Part shown: positions 45,641-55,578 of the stretch, piece by piece | How the letters are laid out: the number at the start of each line of letters is the position of its first letter | Numbering within the stretch: the stretch's first letter is position 1 | Virus record (IMG/VR): IMGVR_UViG_3300025137_000016 | Length of the DNA stretch: 64,000 nucleotides | Strand: one strand, 5' to 3' | Source: a virus | Translations under genes and position numbers: made by a program | The notes under the pieces: generated by a model | What the model was told of the DNA's origin: nothing | The model's database searches: none | Seen by the model: the letters and a program-made list of their open reading frames with translations, nothing else

Positions 45641-46257
45641 TGTTTACAATTATTTCTATATTGGGGTTTGTACCCACGTCAGTCTATCTCGGTATTACTG
45701 TCATAGGACTAATAGGAATGATAGTAGTTGGTGTTATGCCACTACTACCTAAGAGCTGGGGACTAATGTTCGGATTGCTTTTTGGTATAGGCTCTTTCTT
45801 ATTAGGAGCTGTTTGGACAAATGGTCCAATAGTCGATGAGCTAAATAGATTACAGGATGAAATAAAAACTATTGAAGCTGAAGCAGAAAAAGTTTCTGAA
45901 GTTATTGCTGAAGATTTTGTAGATGAAACGAATAAAATTAAATCTAATGGAAATAAAATAAGTGAGAAGGTCAATGAATATATTAGTGAAAGTGATGATG
46001 CTTTGTGTAGTTTGCCTGACGATGTCAGCTTGCTCCACGACAGTGCCATTAAAAATGAAGTTCCCGACACCACCAGAAGTACTGATGGAGGAGGGGAAGA
46101 AAATGGAGACGATAGAGGAACGGAAAAACTCAGAATCTCTGAACTAACAACAATCACAGTCGAAAACTACACGACTTGTAATGAAGTAAGAATACAACTT
46201 AAGAATTTACAACGATGGGTAGACGAGATGCAGAGGGTACACAACTATGGCGAGTGA
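45640..46257 (+). CDS. Inner-membrane spanin (Rz-like)
   Basis: N-terminal TM helices, coiled coil, periplasmic Cys; encloses a lipoprotein gene. Confidence 0.7.
   Translation: MFTIISILGFVPTSVYLGITVIGLIGMIVVGVMPLLPKSWGLMFGLLFGIGSFLLGAVWTNGPIVDELNRLQDEIKTIEAEAEKVSEVIAEDFVDETNKIKSNGNKISEKVNEYISESDDALCSLPDDVSLLHDSAIKNEVPDTTRSTDGGGEENGDDRGTEKLRISELTTITVENYTTCNEVRIQLKNLQRWVDEMQRVHNYGE
45974..46147 (+). CDS. Outer-membrane spanin lipoprotein (Rz1-like), embedded in +1 frame
   Basis: MNILVKVMMLCVVCLTMSA-C lipobox, Pro-rich mature part, GAGAAGG upstream. Confidence 0.7.
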   Translation: MNILVKVMMLCVVCLTMSACSTTVPLKMKFPTPPEVLMEEGKKMETIEERKNSESLN

Positions 46258-46666
46258 AGTCGAAATAGCAAAAAATCAGGTAGAAATATCTAATCTTAAA
46301 ACTGATATTCAAAAGATTGATACATCTATTGAAAAGATTGGGGAAGCAACAGCTCAGATTTCTAGACTGTTAGCAGTACACGATTCTCGATTAGATGGAC
46401 AAGACGAAGATACAACTGCAATCCAAAAAGATATTAAAGTCCTACACGCAAGAATCACTGAGGGTGGGCAAGAAGTAATTCAAGCTATCCATGCTAGTGA
46501 GACCAGAATCTCAGAAGGTTCTAGTCTACAACATGCAGCCATGAACGAATCAATTGCTCAGGTAGGTCTTAGAGTTAATAATCTAGAGCAATATAAGTGG
46601 TATGTCATGGGAATAATAGGAGCTATTGCTGCTGTTGCAGGTTCTTTTGGATATATGTTATTCTAA
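46247..46666 (+). CDS. Coiled-coil protein with C-terminal TM (possible lysis-cassette protein)
   Basis: LLAVHD.RL, R...LE..KW + TM; adjacent to spanins. Confidence 0.55.
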   Translation: MASEVEIAKNQVEISNLKTDIQKIDTSIEKIGEATAQISRLLAVHDSRLDGQDEDTTAIQKDIKVLHARITEGGQEVIQAIHASETRISEGSSLQHAAMNESIAQVGLRVNNLEQYKWYVMGIIGAIAAVAGSFGYMLF

Positions 46667-46667
46667 C

Positions 46668-46696
46668 TTTACTTTTAAGTTTTTATCAAGTAATAT
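46668..46696 (+). promoter_or_regulatory. Class B promoter for primase
   Basis: TTTACT-17-TAATAT. Confidence 0.75.
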
Positions 46697-46705
46697 TACT
46701 ATATT

Positions 46706-47719
46706 ATGATTTATGTGGACGCAAAATATGCTGCGATGCTCTCACCGAGAGTACGCAACTTCAAACAGCAGAAGGACTATCTATGGAACCTTTCCTGTCC
46801 TCTCTGTGGTGATTCCAAAAAAGACCAATCAAAAGCTCGAGGATATATCTATCGTAAAGAATCCTCGCTTTTTTATAAGTGCCATAACTGTCAAGCTGGT
46901 ACGAATCTTGGCAACTTAATCAAACAACTAGACTCACGAATGTATAGTGAGTACTCTCTCGAAAAATTTGGGAGTACTAATAATACACACGTGCAAGATA
47001 AACCAGATTTAGATATATTCAAGACGGAAGCAATACAATTTCCTACTAAATTACAGCATGCGAATTTTGTATCTACTCTCCCTGATGAACACCCAATAAA
47101 AAAGTTCTTACTAAGACGACACATAAATCACGATCTACATAAGCACTTTTATTGGGTGCCGAGATTTAAACAATGGGTAAATGATAATGTGGTATATAAG
47201 TTTCATAAGATAGTATCTGATGAGCCAAGATTAGTTATACCCTTCTTTGATGAGGATAAAGAATTAATTGCTCTACAAGGTAGATCTTTCGGAAATGAAG
47301 AGCCTAAGTATTATACACTGAAAGTTAAAGAAGAAAACCATAAAGTGTATGGTCTTGATCGTTTAAATAAAGATCAACATGCTTATGTAGTTGAGGGTCC
47401 AATAGATTCTCTATTTCTTCAAAACTGTATAGCAGTTGCAGGTGCTTCTTTTGATATACCTCAAGTTAGAGAATTAAAAGATAACTGTACAATTGTTTTT
47501 GATAATGAACCACGCAATCGTGAACTCGTAAAACAAATAGAATCTATAATTAAAAAAGGTTATAGAGTTTGTTTATGGAGTGATAGTGTAAAAGAAAAAG
47601 ATATTAATGATATGATTATGGCTGGCAAAACACCTCTTACAATACATGCTCTCATGGAGGGGAGTAGTGTACAAGGTGCAGAAGCTGAAGCCAAATTTAA
47701 CTTATGGAGAAAGTGCTAA
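46706..47719 (+). CDS. gp61: DNA primase gp61
   Basis: CPLCGDS, CHNC zinc finger, EGPIDSLF, FDNEPRN, KDINDM. Confidence 0.95.
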   Translation: MIYVDAKYAAMLSPRVRNFKQQKDYLWNLSCPLCGDSKKDQSKARGYIYRKESSLFYKCHNCQAGTNLGNLIKQLDSRMYSEYSLEKFGSTNNTHVQDKPDLDIFKTEAIQFPTKLQHANFVSTLPDEHPIKKFLLRRHINHDLHKHFYWVPRFKQWVNDNVVYKFHKIVSDEPRLVIPFFDEDKELIALQGRSFGNEEPKYYTLKVKEENHKVYGLDRLNKDQHAYVVEGPIDSLFLQNCIAVAGASFDIPQVRELKDNCTIVFDNEPRNRELVKQIESIIKKGYRVCLWSDSVKEKDINDMIMAGKTPLTIHALMEGSSVQGAEAEAKFNLWRKC

Positions 47720-48216
47720 TGACTATACCATTTGACAGAGCTGACTTATTAAAAGATTATGTTCATGAGATGGATATTACTGAAGATATGGTTCGAACAT
47801 TTTGTAAAATTGTACAAGATGATAACCCCTTACATTTCGGAGACGAAGAGGGTAATGTAATGCCAGGAGCATTAATGGTTTCACTATTATTTTCAAACCC
47901 AGTAAATGGTTTCTTTATTCGTAATGTACAAATTAAATTTCTAGCACCAATTCACTTTCCTACAAAGGTTAAGATATATCGTAAGGTATGGAAAGCTACA
48001 GATAGAAAAGCTGGTGAACTCGGAGAAGGTATTTTTGCCATTCGTGATTTAACTGATGGCATTATTAAGTGCAAAGGTACAGGACAAGTATTCAGACCAA
48101 CTAAAAGATTAATGGAAACATTTGAAACAGGTGTTGATAGAAACTTTTTTAAGTCGTCAGATCCTAATTTTAAAAGACAACATTGGACAAACCCAACAGG
48201 CAAGGAGATAAAATGA
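47719..48216 (+). CDS. MaoC-like (hotdog-fold) dehydratase
   Basis: F......D.NPLH hydratase motif, PG.L..SL, F.API. Confidence 0.75.
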   Translation: MTIPFDRADLLKDYVHEMDITEDMVRTFCKIVQDDNPLHFGDEEGNVMPGALMVSLLFSNPVNGFFIRNVQIKFLAPIHFPTKVKIYRKVWKATDRKAGELGEGIFAIRDLTDGIIKCKGTGQVFRPTKRLMETFETGVDRNFFKSSDPNFKRQHWTNPTGKEIK

Positions 48217-48677
48217 GCGAAGAAGATAAAACAGATAAGCCATCGGCAACTGTCACAGATATTAATGAATTTGCTGCGAAGAAATATGATGAGCAAACTC
48301 TAGAAAATTTGCGTCAGCAACAAGAGTTAGATCAGAACTTTATTCTATCACCACTATGGGAATCGCTGGGTAATATTAAGAACTCCAAGCAAGCAATCAA
48401 TGCTGCGATGGGTATGTTAATATGTGCGAAAGACATTCTTGTTTTAGAACAAGGTAAAGAACAAGCCAAGTTAATATTAAGCACTATGGACTTCGAGAAG
48501 ATCGATCTGGTGACTATTACTAAGAAGCCTGTAGATGGGGTACCAACAGATGAATATAGTCTCAGAGAAGAGGATATGGATCCTATGGACGCTCCTCTAG
48601 AAGAAGATAAGGTTATAGAATTTGAATTTGATAATAATGGAGATACTGACAATGGCGAAGAAGAAAGCACTGATTGA
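48213..48677 (+). CDS. Acidic hypothetical protein
   Basis: AAGGAG SD, coupled ORF. Confidence 0.6.
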   Translation: MSEEDKTDKPSATVTDINEFAAKKYDEQTLENLRQQQELDQNFILSPLWESLGNIKNSKQAINAAMGMLICAKDILVLEQGKEQAKLILSTMDFEKIDLVTITKKPVDGVPTDEYSLREEDMDPMDAPLEEDKVIEFEFDNNGDTDNGEEESTD

Positions 48678-49014
48678 AGAACTTTGGGATGAACAAGAAG
48701 AAGTCCTAGAAAAACCACAACAGCAGACTGTATCTAACTTCGTAAGAGGTGAATGGGTCGATCGTATATATGGTGGTGGTGGTAATAAAATGAGATTACT
48801 CCAAGGGCAGTTCGGTAAAGAGTTCGCTGGTACTATCACTGAAAAGAAGTTTCGTAGATATAGAAAAGATCTACAGGGCATCGCTACTGAAACATATTAT
48901 CAAAAATACCATCATACTTCAGATGGAAGATGGTTCGACAATGGTGGTATGCCATGTGAAAAACCTCACCATGAACCAAAACAGGCACACCTAGAGGAAG
49001 AAGAAAGCGAATGA
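48652..49014 (+). CDS. Hypothetical protein
   Basis: GGAG SD; T.DGRWFDN.GMPC. Confidence 0.6.
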   Translation: MAKKKALIEELWDEQEEVLEKPQQQTVSNFVRGEWVDRIYGGGGNKMRLLQGQFGKEFAGTITEKKFRRYRKDLQGIATETYYQKYHHTSDGRWFDNGGMPCEKPHHEPKQAHLEEEESE

Positions 49015-49571
49015 ATGAGCCGAATATATTACTAAAGAAAATAGATGGAAAAAATTTATATATTTTTGATGATATCTTTACTTTTGAACAACGAGAAAAG
49101 CTATATAGTTATTGCTTAAATCAAAAGTATTCTCTCTCTGGATCTGATGTCCAAAGACTAGAAACTAAAGGCGATTACAACTTATATTGCAACCTTTCCC
49201 CAATAGACGTGGATAACATGGGGATTGAATGTATTAAAGCATACAGCCACGTCAAACACCACTTAGATAAATACACAATTACTCAATCAAGAATTAATTT
49301 GAGTACCATCCAGGATCGGAATCGTTTTCATTGCGATACTGGTGCCGAGCATAATATGACCATGCTTTATTATCCCAATATGGAATGGGAAAAGTCTTGG
49401 GGTGGACAGACACTTTTTTCAAACCTAAATGGAGATGACCTAGAATGGGTCTCTCACTATATTCCTGGAAGGATAATATTATTCGATGGCACACTCCCCC
49501 ACTCAATCAACCCCCCAACAATCCACAGCCCAACGCACAGATTTTCAATCGTCATTCAATATGGAAAATAA
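49011..49571 (+). CDS. 2OG-Fe(II) oxygenase
   Basis: HCD, T.LYY.N..W...WGG.T, PGR..LFDG..PH, R.SI. Confidence 0.85.
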   Translation: MNEPNILLKKIDGKNLYIFDDIFTFEQREKLYSYCLNQKYSLSGSDVQRLETKGDYNLYCNLSPIDVDNMGIECIKAYSHVKHHLDKYTITQSRINLSTIQDRNRFHCDTGAEHNMTMLYYPNMEWEKSWGGQTLFSNLNGDDLEWVSHYIPGRIILFDGTLPHSINPPTIHSPTHRFSIVIQYGK

Positions 49572-51378
49572 AATGGAAGATAAATTAACAGCAGAGATAC
49601 ATGGTATCACAATTGACTATACTAGAGATTCCCTATTAGATGTCGCAGGTAAAACAAGATTAAGAGAATCATATATGAAAGATGAGGAAACTTCCCCACA
49701 AGAGAGGTTTGCTTTCGTATCAAAAACATTTGGATCTAATCCTGAACATGCTCAAAGGTTATATGATTATGCAAGTAAACATTGGCTATCCTATTCAACT
49801 CCTATCCTATCATTTGGTAGAAGTAAAAGAGGATTACCAATTAGTTGTTTCTTAAATTTTATTGAAGATAGTTCTGAGGGTTTAGTACAAAATTTATCTG
49901 AAACAAACTGGCTATCAATGTCAGGTGGTGGAGTTGGTATTGGTTTTGGTATTCGTAGTGCTGATGATAAATCTACTGGTGTGATGCCACACTTAAAAAT
50001 GTATGACGCATCTTCACTAGCATATCGTCAAGGCAGAACTAGACGTGGAAGCTATGCTGCATATCTAGATATATCTCATCCTGACATTAAAGAATTTATT
50101 GATATGAGAAAGCCGACTGGTGATCCAAACATGAGAGCGATGAACATGCATCATGGTATTAATATCACTGACGACTTTATGCAGATTATTGAAAACAAAA
50201 TGAAAGATGCAAACTGCGATGATAAGTGGGGTCTTAAAGATCCACACAATGGTAAAGTAAAAGAGTATGTATCCGCAACAGAATTATGGCAAACAATTTT
50301 AGAAACTCGTATGATGACAGGTGAGCCATATTTACACTTCATTGATACAAGCAATAAACACTTGCCAGACTTTCTAAAAGAAAAAGGGTTGAAAATTCAT
50401 CAGAGTAATTTATGTTCGGAGATTATACTCCCAACTAATGAAGAGCGAACAGCTGTATGTTGTTTATCATCATTGAACTTAGAGTACTTTGACGAGTGGT
50501 CAAAAAATAAACAATTCCTAAAAGATACTGCAGAGATGCTTGATAATGTATTACAATATTTTATTGATAATGCTAGAGATGAAATATCTCGTGCTAGATT
50601 TTCTGCTGAACGAGAAAGATCGATTGGGATCGGAGCTCTAGGATTCCATGCTTACTTACAGAAGAATGGTATTCCTTTCGAGTCTCCAGTAGCTGGTAAT
50701 AGAAATGATAAAATATTTAAACACATTAGGAAAGGATTGGATAATGCCAATATTGAATTGGGCAAAGAACGAGGTGAAGCACCTGATGCTATGGGTACTG
50801 GCTTTCGTTTTAGTCATATGCTTGCCATTGCTCCTAATGCTTCTAGCTCTATTATTATGGGGAATACTTCTCCTAGCATCGAGCCTTATCGAGCTAATGC
50901 ATATCGTCAAGATACACTTAGTGGTTCCAGTCTTAATAAAAATAAACACCTTCAAAAACTTTTGGAAGAAAAATCAAAAGAATCTAAATTAGATTTAGAT
51001 GTTGAATGGTCTAGCATCATAGCGAATGATGGATCAGTACAGCATTTAAAATATCTTTCTGATATGGAAAAGGATATATATAAAACAGGAATGGAAATTA
51101 ACCAGCAATGGATTATTAATCATGCATCAGAAAGACAGAAGTATATTGACCAAGGACAATCGGTAAATGTATTCTTCAGACCTGATGTAGATATTAAGTA
51201 TCTACATGCTGTACACTTCCTAGCATGGAAGACAGGACTAAAGACTTTATATTATTGTAGAAGTGAGAAGATTGGTAAAGCCGATAAAATTAGTAGAAAG
51301 ATACAACGAGAAATTATGAAGGAAATAGATATCTCAGCCATTGCGGACGGAGATGTATGTTTAGCCTGTGAGGGATAA
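49561..51378 (+). CDS. nrdA: Ribonucleotide reductase class I alpha subunit (no ATP cone)
   Basis: PISCF, GGGVG, SNLCSEI, AIAPNASSS, LKTLYY, C-terminal CLACEG. Confidence 0.95.
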   Translation: MENKMEDKLTAEIHGITIDYTRDSLLDVAGKTRLRESYMKDEETSPQERFAFVSKTFGSNPEHAQRLYDYASKHWLSYSTPILSFGRSKRGLPISCFLNFIEDSSEGLVQNLSETNWLSMSGGGVGIGFGIRSADDKSTGVMPHLKMYDASSLAYRQGRTRRGSYAAYLDISHPDIKEFIDMRKPTGDPNMRAMNMHHGINITDDFMQIIENKMKDANCDDKWGLKDPHNGKVKEYVSATELWQTILETRMMTGEPYLHFIDTSNKHLPDFLKEKGLKIHQSNLCSEIILPTNEERTAVCCLSSLNLEYFDEWSKNKQFLKDTAEMLDNVLQYFIDNARDEISRARFSAERERSIGIGALGFHAYLQKNGIPFESPVAGNRNDKIFKHIRKGLDNANIELGKERGEAPDAMGTGFRFSHMLAIAPNASSSIIMGNTSPSIEPYRANAYRQDTLSGSSLNKNKHLQKLLEEKSKESKLDLDVEWSSIIANDGSVQHLKYLSDMEKDIYKTGMEINQQWIINHASERQKYIDQGQSVNVFFRPDVDIKYLHAVHFLAWKTGLKTLYYCRSEKIGKADKISRKIQREIMKEIDISAIADGDVCLACEG

Positions 51379-51380
51379 TA

Positions 51381-52322
51381 ATGATTACACTACCAGAACA
51401 TTTAAGTTATAGTAGAGAAGAAGTAGCGAAACTCAGAACACAAAAGATATTTCGTTATGGTGATGTTGCTAGACTCGATAAAGAACTAGACTTTCTTTGT
51501 ACATTTAAAAATGATTTAATCAAAGATTTCTTAAAAGAATATAAAGATATCGAAGACTGTTTACAAAAAGGAACTACTTCTGCAATGGGTGCAATATATG
51601 CCCAACTTAAAAAAAGTAAAGAGGGTATTCCTGACAAAGCATTAATGAATAAAGCAACTGCTCAAGGCAATCCTGATGTTGAATTTAACATAGGTGATGA
51701 TTCTTTTTTAAAAGGTCAAACTGTAGATGGTAAATTAACTCATGATGCTTGGCGAGTATTAGTTATGAAATATCATAATCCTAATATAGTTGGTAGAGGT
51801 CAAGAGAAAGGTGTTCAAGAAAGAATGCTTAAACTAAGACAAGCACAAGATGGTTATAGAGCATCAGCATTTCCTACTATGATGAAGATTGCTGATCATT
51901 ATAAAGAACTGTGTCCTGTATTAGAATACAGTATTCTACCAGCTCAAAGTATTATTGAAAGACATATAGGAATAGAAAATAAAAAGGGAGAGAATATAAG
52001 AATACATATTCCTTTAATTATTCCTGAAGGAGATTTATATTTAGAAGCTACTGGCGAGGAAGTTGATTGGCAACATCCATGGGGATTTAATAATCAACAT
52101 ATGCATAGTGCTCATAATAATTCAAATGAACATAGACTAATAATGTTAATTGATTTAAAAAGAACTTATGTTGGTATTCCACCAGCAACGCATTTTAAAG
52201 ATATGAGCATGGATCAGATTGGTGATGTACACTTTAAATACGGAAGGGATAATGAAAGAAGCCAACCTCAAATATCTTCTTCATTGTCAAATAAATTTAG
52301 GAAACCAGAGGACTACCTATGA
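51381..52322 (+). CDS. Aspartyl/asparaginyl beta-hydroxylase-like oxygenase
   Basis: YSIL....I.RH.G, IRIHIPL..P, F.N...HSA.N.S...RL...ID. Confidence 0.8.
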   Translation: MITLPEHLSYSREEVAKLRTQKIFRYGDVARLDKELDFLCTFKNDLIKDFLKEYKDIEDCLQKGTTSAMGAIYAQLKKSKEGIPDKALMNKATAQGNPDVEFNIGDDSFLKGQTVDGKLTHDAWRVLVMKYHNPNIVGRGQEKGVQERMLKLRQAQDGYRASAFPTMMKIADHYKELCPVLEYSILPAQSIIERHIGIENKKGENIRIHIPLIIPEGDLYLEATGEEVDWQHPWGFNNQHMHSAHNNSNEHRLIMLIDLKRTYVGIPPATHFKDMSMDQIGDVHFKYGRDNERSQPQISSSLSNKFRKPEDYL

Positions 52323-52444
52323 AAAACAAAAAGATGAAATTAAAAGAGAAAGAAATAGAAGAGTGGAATAAAAAGGTAAAAGCTCTTGGAGAAAAGAATA
52401 GAACAAAATTAGTATCTGCTATGAGAGGAAAGAATGCCAACTAA
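52319..52444 (+). CDS. Small basic ORF (41 aa)
   Basis: ATGA overlap, GAGG SD. Confidence 0.4.
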   Translation: MKNKKMKLKEKEIEEWNKKVKALGEKNRTKLVSAMRGKNAN

Positions 52445-52667
52445 ATTTAAAAAAGATGAAACAGTAGTTAAGAAGATTGGTGACCAAAAGATTAAAGCTA
52501 ATAACAGATTTTATATAAAGAGTGTAAACTTAGATAATTTAATTAAGACACTTAATAACGAAAACACCAAACCTAAGATAAAGCAAAAAATAAGAAATGA
52601 AATAACTCGTAGAGGAATTATTCTTAAACGCATAGGGATGGAAATAACAGAAGGAAAAACAGGATGA
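52434..52667 (+). CDS. Small basic hypothetical protein
   Basis: GAGG SD; KPKIKQKIRNE..RR. Confidence 0.6.
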   Translation: MPTKFKKDETVVKKIGDQKIKANNRFYIKSVNLDNLIKTLNNENTKPKIKQKIRNEITRRGIILKRIGMEITEGKTG

Positions 52668-53089
52668 ATTTTTTTAAGAAGTCCGCACTAGTTTTAGTAG
52701 CAGTACTTTCAATATCAGGTTGTGCTCAACTAAGTGCCTTTAAAAACTTTCTCCCATCAGGCTGGGATAGTAATGAAATGTTGTGGATTGCTGAGATGCA
52801 ATATGACATTCGTAAAATACAATGTGAGGGTGGCTTTGAAAACCCACTCGTATATCCTAGTGTAGAGAAAGTCTGGAGAACGAAAGAGATTTTATGGTGG
52901 TATGCTCAAGCAAATAGACATGCAGATGTCGTTGAGTTAATACGACCATTTAGTGAGAGTATGGAAGGAATATATATGACTGCTAAGAAAGGCATCATAA
53001 GAGAACCATACTGTGTAAACAAAGTTATTATATTAACTGTACAAGTTGATGAGATAGCTGAAGCATTAGCATCAAGGAGAAAACGATGA
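52664..53089 (+). CDS. Lipoprotein
   Basis: ISGC lipobox. Confidence 0.7.
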   Translation: MNFFKKSALVLVAVLSISGCAQLSAFKNFLPSGWDSNEMLWIAEMQYDIRKIQCEGGFENPLVYPSVEKVWRTKEILWWYAQANRHADVVELIRPFSESMEGIYMTAKKGIIREPYCVNKVIILTVQVDEIAEALASRRKR

Positions 53090-53340
53090 AATTAACGATA
53101 ATGGGTAAAAACAATTGTCCTTATTGCGACTTAGCAAAAAGGCATTTAGAAGATAAAGGTATTGCATTCGAGTATGTTAAGATCGATGAAGACATGGCAG
53201 CATACGAAACATTTAAGGAGCTCGGTGTTAAATCAGTTCCACAGATTTGTCAGAATGGTAAGATAGTTATTAAAGGTGGTTGGGATGGATTAAAATCTAC
53301 ACCAATTAATGAATTACAACAAATGGTCGGAGGAGAATAA
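53086..53340 (+). CDS. Glutaredoxin
   Basis: CPYC, SVPQI, GG.D.L. Confidence 0.92.
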   Translation: MKLTIMGKNNCPYCDLAKRHLEDKGIAFEYVKIDEDMAAYETFKELGVKSVPQICQNGKIVIKGGWDGLKSTPINELQQMVGGE

Positions 53341-53341
53341 T

Positions 53342-53566
53342 ATGGATGCATTTAAAGAAATTCGTAATGATGAATGGGCAAGTAAGAAAGTAGAACTCGC
53401 TGAGAAGTTTACCAAGCAATTAGAATCTGGTGAATTAAATGAGTGGGAATATAAAGATCTTATGCAAGATCTAACTCGTACAGATGAAGTCATGGACAAA
53501 GCTAACGCAATGAAAATGAAAGCAGCAGTAGAAAAAGCTATTTCTGTGGCACTGAAATTTGTATAA
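53342..53566 (+). CDS. Hypothetical protein
   Basis: GGAGGAG SD. Confidence 0.6.
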   Translation: MDAFKEIRNDEWASKKVELAEKFTKQLESGELNEWEYKDLMQDLTRTDEVMDKANAMKMKAAVEKAISVALKFV

Positions 53567-54245
53567 GTTTACATTCAAAGATTCGACTGAAGAAGTATTT
53601 GACGCAGAGACTCGTAAAAAGATTCTTGATAAGATATACTTCCACGAAAAGTACTGGAAAGGCTTAGACAAATATTTTAAAAGTTCAATCTTTCTCCAGC
53701 CTGGCATGGAACATATGTATTTATTTGGCGATGGGTTATATGTCTTACAAGAATTAAATGAAGCTAATAAGATAGATGAAGAAGTGCAGGAAATATTGGA
53801 TACTGAATTTTCAGAACTTATATATACTCCACTACTTAATACTATTAAAGAGATGTTCGGTCTCGGTATTAAAGAAGTATCTTATTGGGAAGGTCTACCA
53901 TTGCCAGGATTTCATATCTACAGAGGTAATGAGATAGGACTAACCCCAAATAGACCATATCATACAGACGACAATTTAAGATTTTATAAACCTGAAACCA
54001 ATAGAGATAAAATATTCTCTTTTGCTATACCAATCACCATGCCAGAATGTGGGGCATGTTTAGATTGGTTGGGGGATTCTAGTGATTATTTTACAGCACC
54101 TTATGCACTTGGTAAGATGACCATATGGCATGGAATGGTTAAGCACCGAATAGGATCTAAGCCACCAACTGAACAAGATAGAATTACTTTACAGGGACAT
54201 GTATATGTCAATGAACATGATGGAATTTTAAAAGTTTATTTCTAG
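53559..54245 (+). CDS. 2OG-Fe(II) oxygenase-like protein
   Basis: PGFHI, HTD, HRI, RITLQGH. Confidence 0.7.
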   Translation: MYKFTFKDSTEEVFDAETRKKILDKIYFHEKYWKGLDKYFKSSIFLQPGMEHMYLFGDGLYVLQELNEANKIDEEVQEILDTEFSELIYTPLLNTIKEMFGLGIKEVSYWEGLPLPGFHIYRGNEIGLTPNRPYHTDDNLRFYKPETNRDKIFSFAIPITMPECGACLDWLGDSSDYFTAPYALGKMTIWHGMVKHRIGSKPPTEQDRITLQGHVYVNEHDGILKVYF

Positions 54246-54254
54246 GAGGAAAAC

Positions 54255-54377
54255 ATGGACTTAAATTTAGACGCACAACTTCTTAACGACATTAGTTGGG
54301 GAGATGGAATATCATACATTATACTCGGACTGGCAGTATATATTACTGTTAGAATTATTAACAAATACACTAGATAG
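54255..54377 (+). CDS. Small membrane peptide (40 aa)
   Basis: AGGAGG SD, single TM. Confidence 0.55.
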   Translation: MDLNLDAQLLNDISWGDGISYIILGLAVYITVRIINKYTR

Positions 54378-54385
54378 GAAAATAG

Positions 54386-55384
54386 ATGGCTAAGAAGCAA
54401 CTCAAACTCACTGACGAAAGAACATATTTTAAACCTTTTAATTATGCTTGGGCATATGATGCATGGCTAAAGCATGAACAGAGTCATTGGCTTCACACTG
54501 AAGTACCAATGATTGAAGATGTTAAGGATTGGAAAACTAAGATTACTGCTGAGCAGAAATACTTTTTGACCAATATATTTAGATTCTTTACTCAGGGAGA
54601 TATAGATGTTGCTGGTGGTTATGTAAATAACTACTTGCCATATTTTCCACAACCAGAAATAAGAATGATGCTAAGTGGGTTTGCAGCAAGAGAAGCATTA
54701 CACATTGCTGCATACTCGCACTTAATTGAAACTCTGGGTATGCCAACTGATACATATCAGCAGTTTGCTGAGTATCAAGAAATGTCTGACAAGCATGAAT
54801 ACTTTATGAAGTTGTCAGAATCTAATGGCAACAAAGCATCTATCGCTATTAACATTGCAGCATTCAGTGCATTTACTGAGGGCATGCAACTATTCTCATC
54901 TTTCATTATGCTCTTGAATTTTCCAAGACATGGTATGATGAAAGGGATGGGACAAATCGTGACTTGGTCAATCGTCGATGAAACTCTACACGCAGAAAAT
55001 ATGATTAAGCTGTTTAGAACTTATGTTGAAGAGAACCCAAGCATATGGAACGACAAGACGAAAGGTGAAATCTATTCTGTCGCTACCAAAATGACTGAAC
55101 TGGAAGATAAGTTTATTGATCTATCTTTTGCTATGGGCGAGATGCCTGACTTAACAGCAGAAGATGTAAAACAATATATTAGATATATTTGTGATCGTAG
55201 ATTAATAGAACTTGGATTAAAAGGAATCTGGAAAGTCAAGAAGAATCCTCTACCATGGGTTGAAGAAATGATAAATGCTCCGACACATGGAAACTTTTTT
55301 GAGAATAGAGTCACAGATTATGCCAAAGGTGCACTGGCTGGTGACTGGCAAGAAGTTTGGGGTGTGAGTGCACAAGCTAAATAA
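54386..55384 (+). CDS. nrdB: Ribonucleotide reductase beta subunit
   Basis: FFTQGD, EALH..AY, EG.QLFSSF, DE.LH, NFFE.R.T.Y. Confidence 0.95.
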   Translation: MAKKQLKLTDERTYFKPFNYAWAYDAWLKHEQSHWLHTEVPMIEDVKDWKTKITAEQKYFLTNIFRFFTQGDIDVAGGYVNNYLPYFPQPEIRMMLSGFAAREALHIAAYSHLIETLGMPTDTYQQFAEYQEMSDKHEYFMKLSESNGNKASIAINIAAFSAFTEGMQLFSSFIMLLNFPRHGMMKGMGQIVTWSIVDETLHAENMIKLFRTYVEENPSIWNDKTKGEIYSVATKMTELEDKFIDLSFAMGEMPDLTAEDVKQYIRYICDRRLIELGLKGIWKVKKNPLPWVEEMINAPTHGNFFENRVTDYAKGALAGDWQEVWGVSAQAK

Positions 55385-55386
55385 TT

Positions 55387-55578
55387 ATGAAAACAAATAT
55401 AAAAAAATATACATTTGAATGTCGTTCGTGTGAAGCAGAATACACAATATCATTCGAACCAATTGATAATAACTTATATGGACAAGACATAACTTGTTGC
55501 CCATTCTGTGGTGATGATTGTGAACGACAAGATGATGATCTTGAAAAGGATGAAGATGACGAAGAAAATTTTAATTGA
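55387..55578 (+). CDS. Small zinc-ribbon protein
   Basis: CRSC...CPFCG, acidic tail. Confidence 0.7.
   Translation: MKTNIKKYTFECRSCEAEYTISFEPIDNNLYGQDITCCPFCGDDCERQDDDLEKDEDDEENFN

Noticed and set aside
49486-49560. N-terminal extension of nrdA
   Set aside because: It lies inside the upstream oxygenase gene; the start was reassigned to 49561/49573.
19434-55384. Introns or inteins in gp43, gp41, nrdA, nrdB
   Set aside because: All are continuous ORFs of ordinary length.
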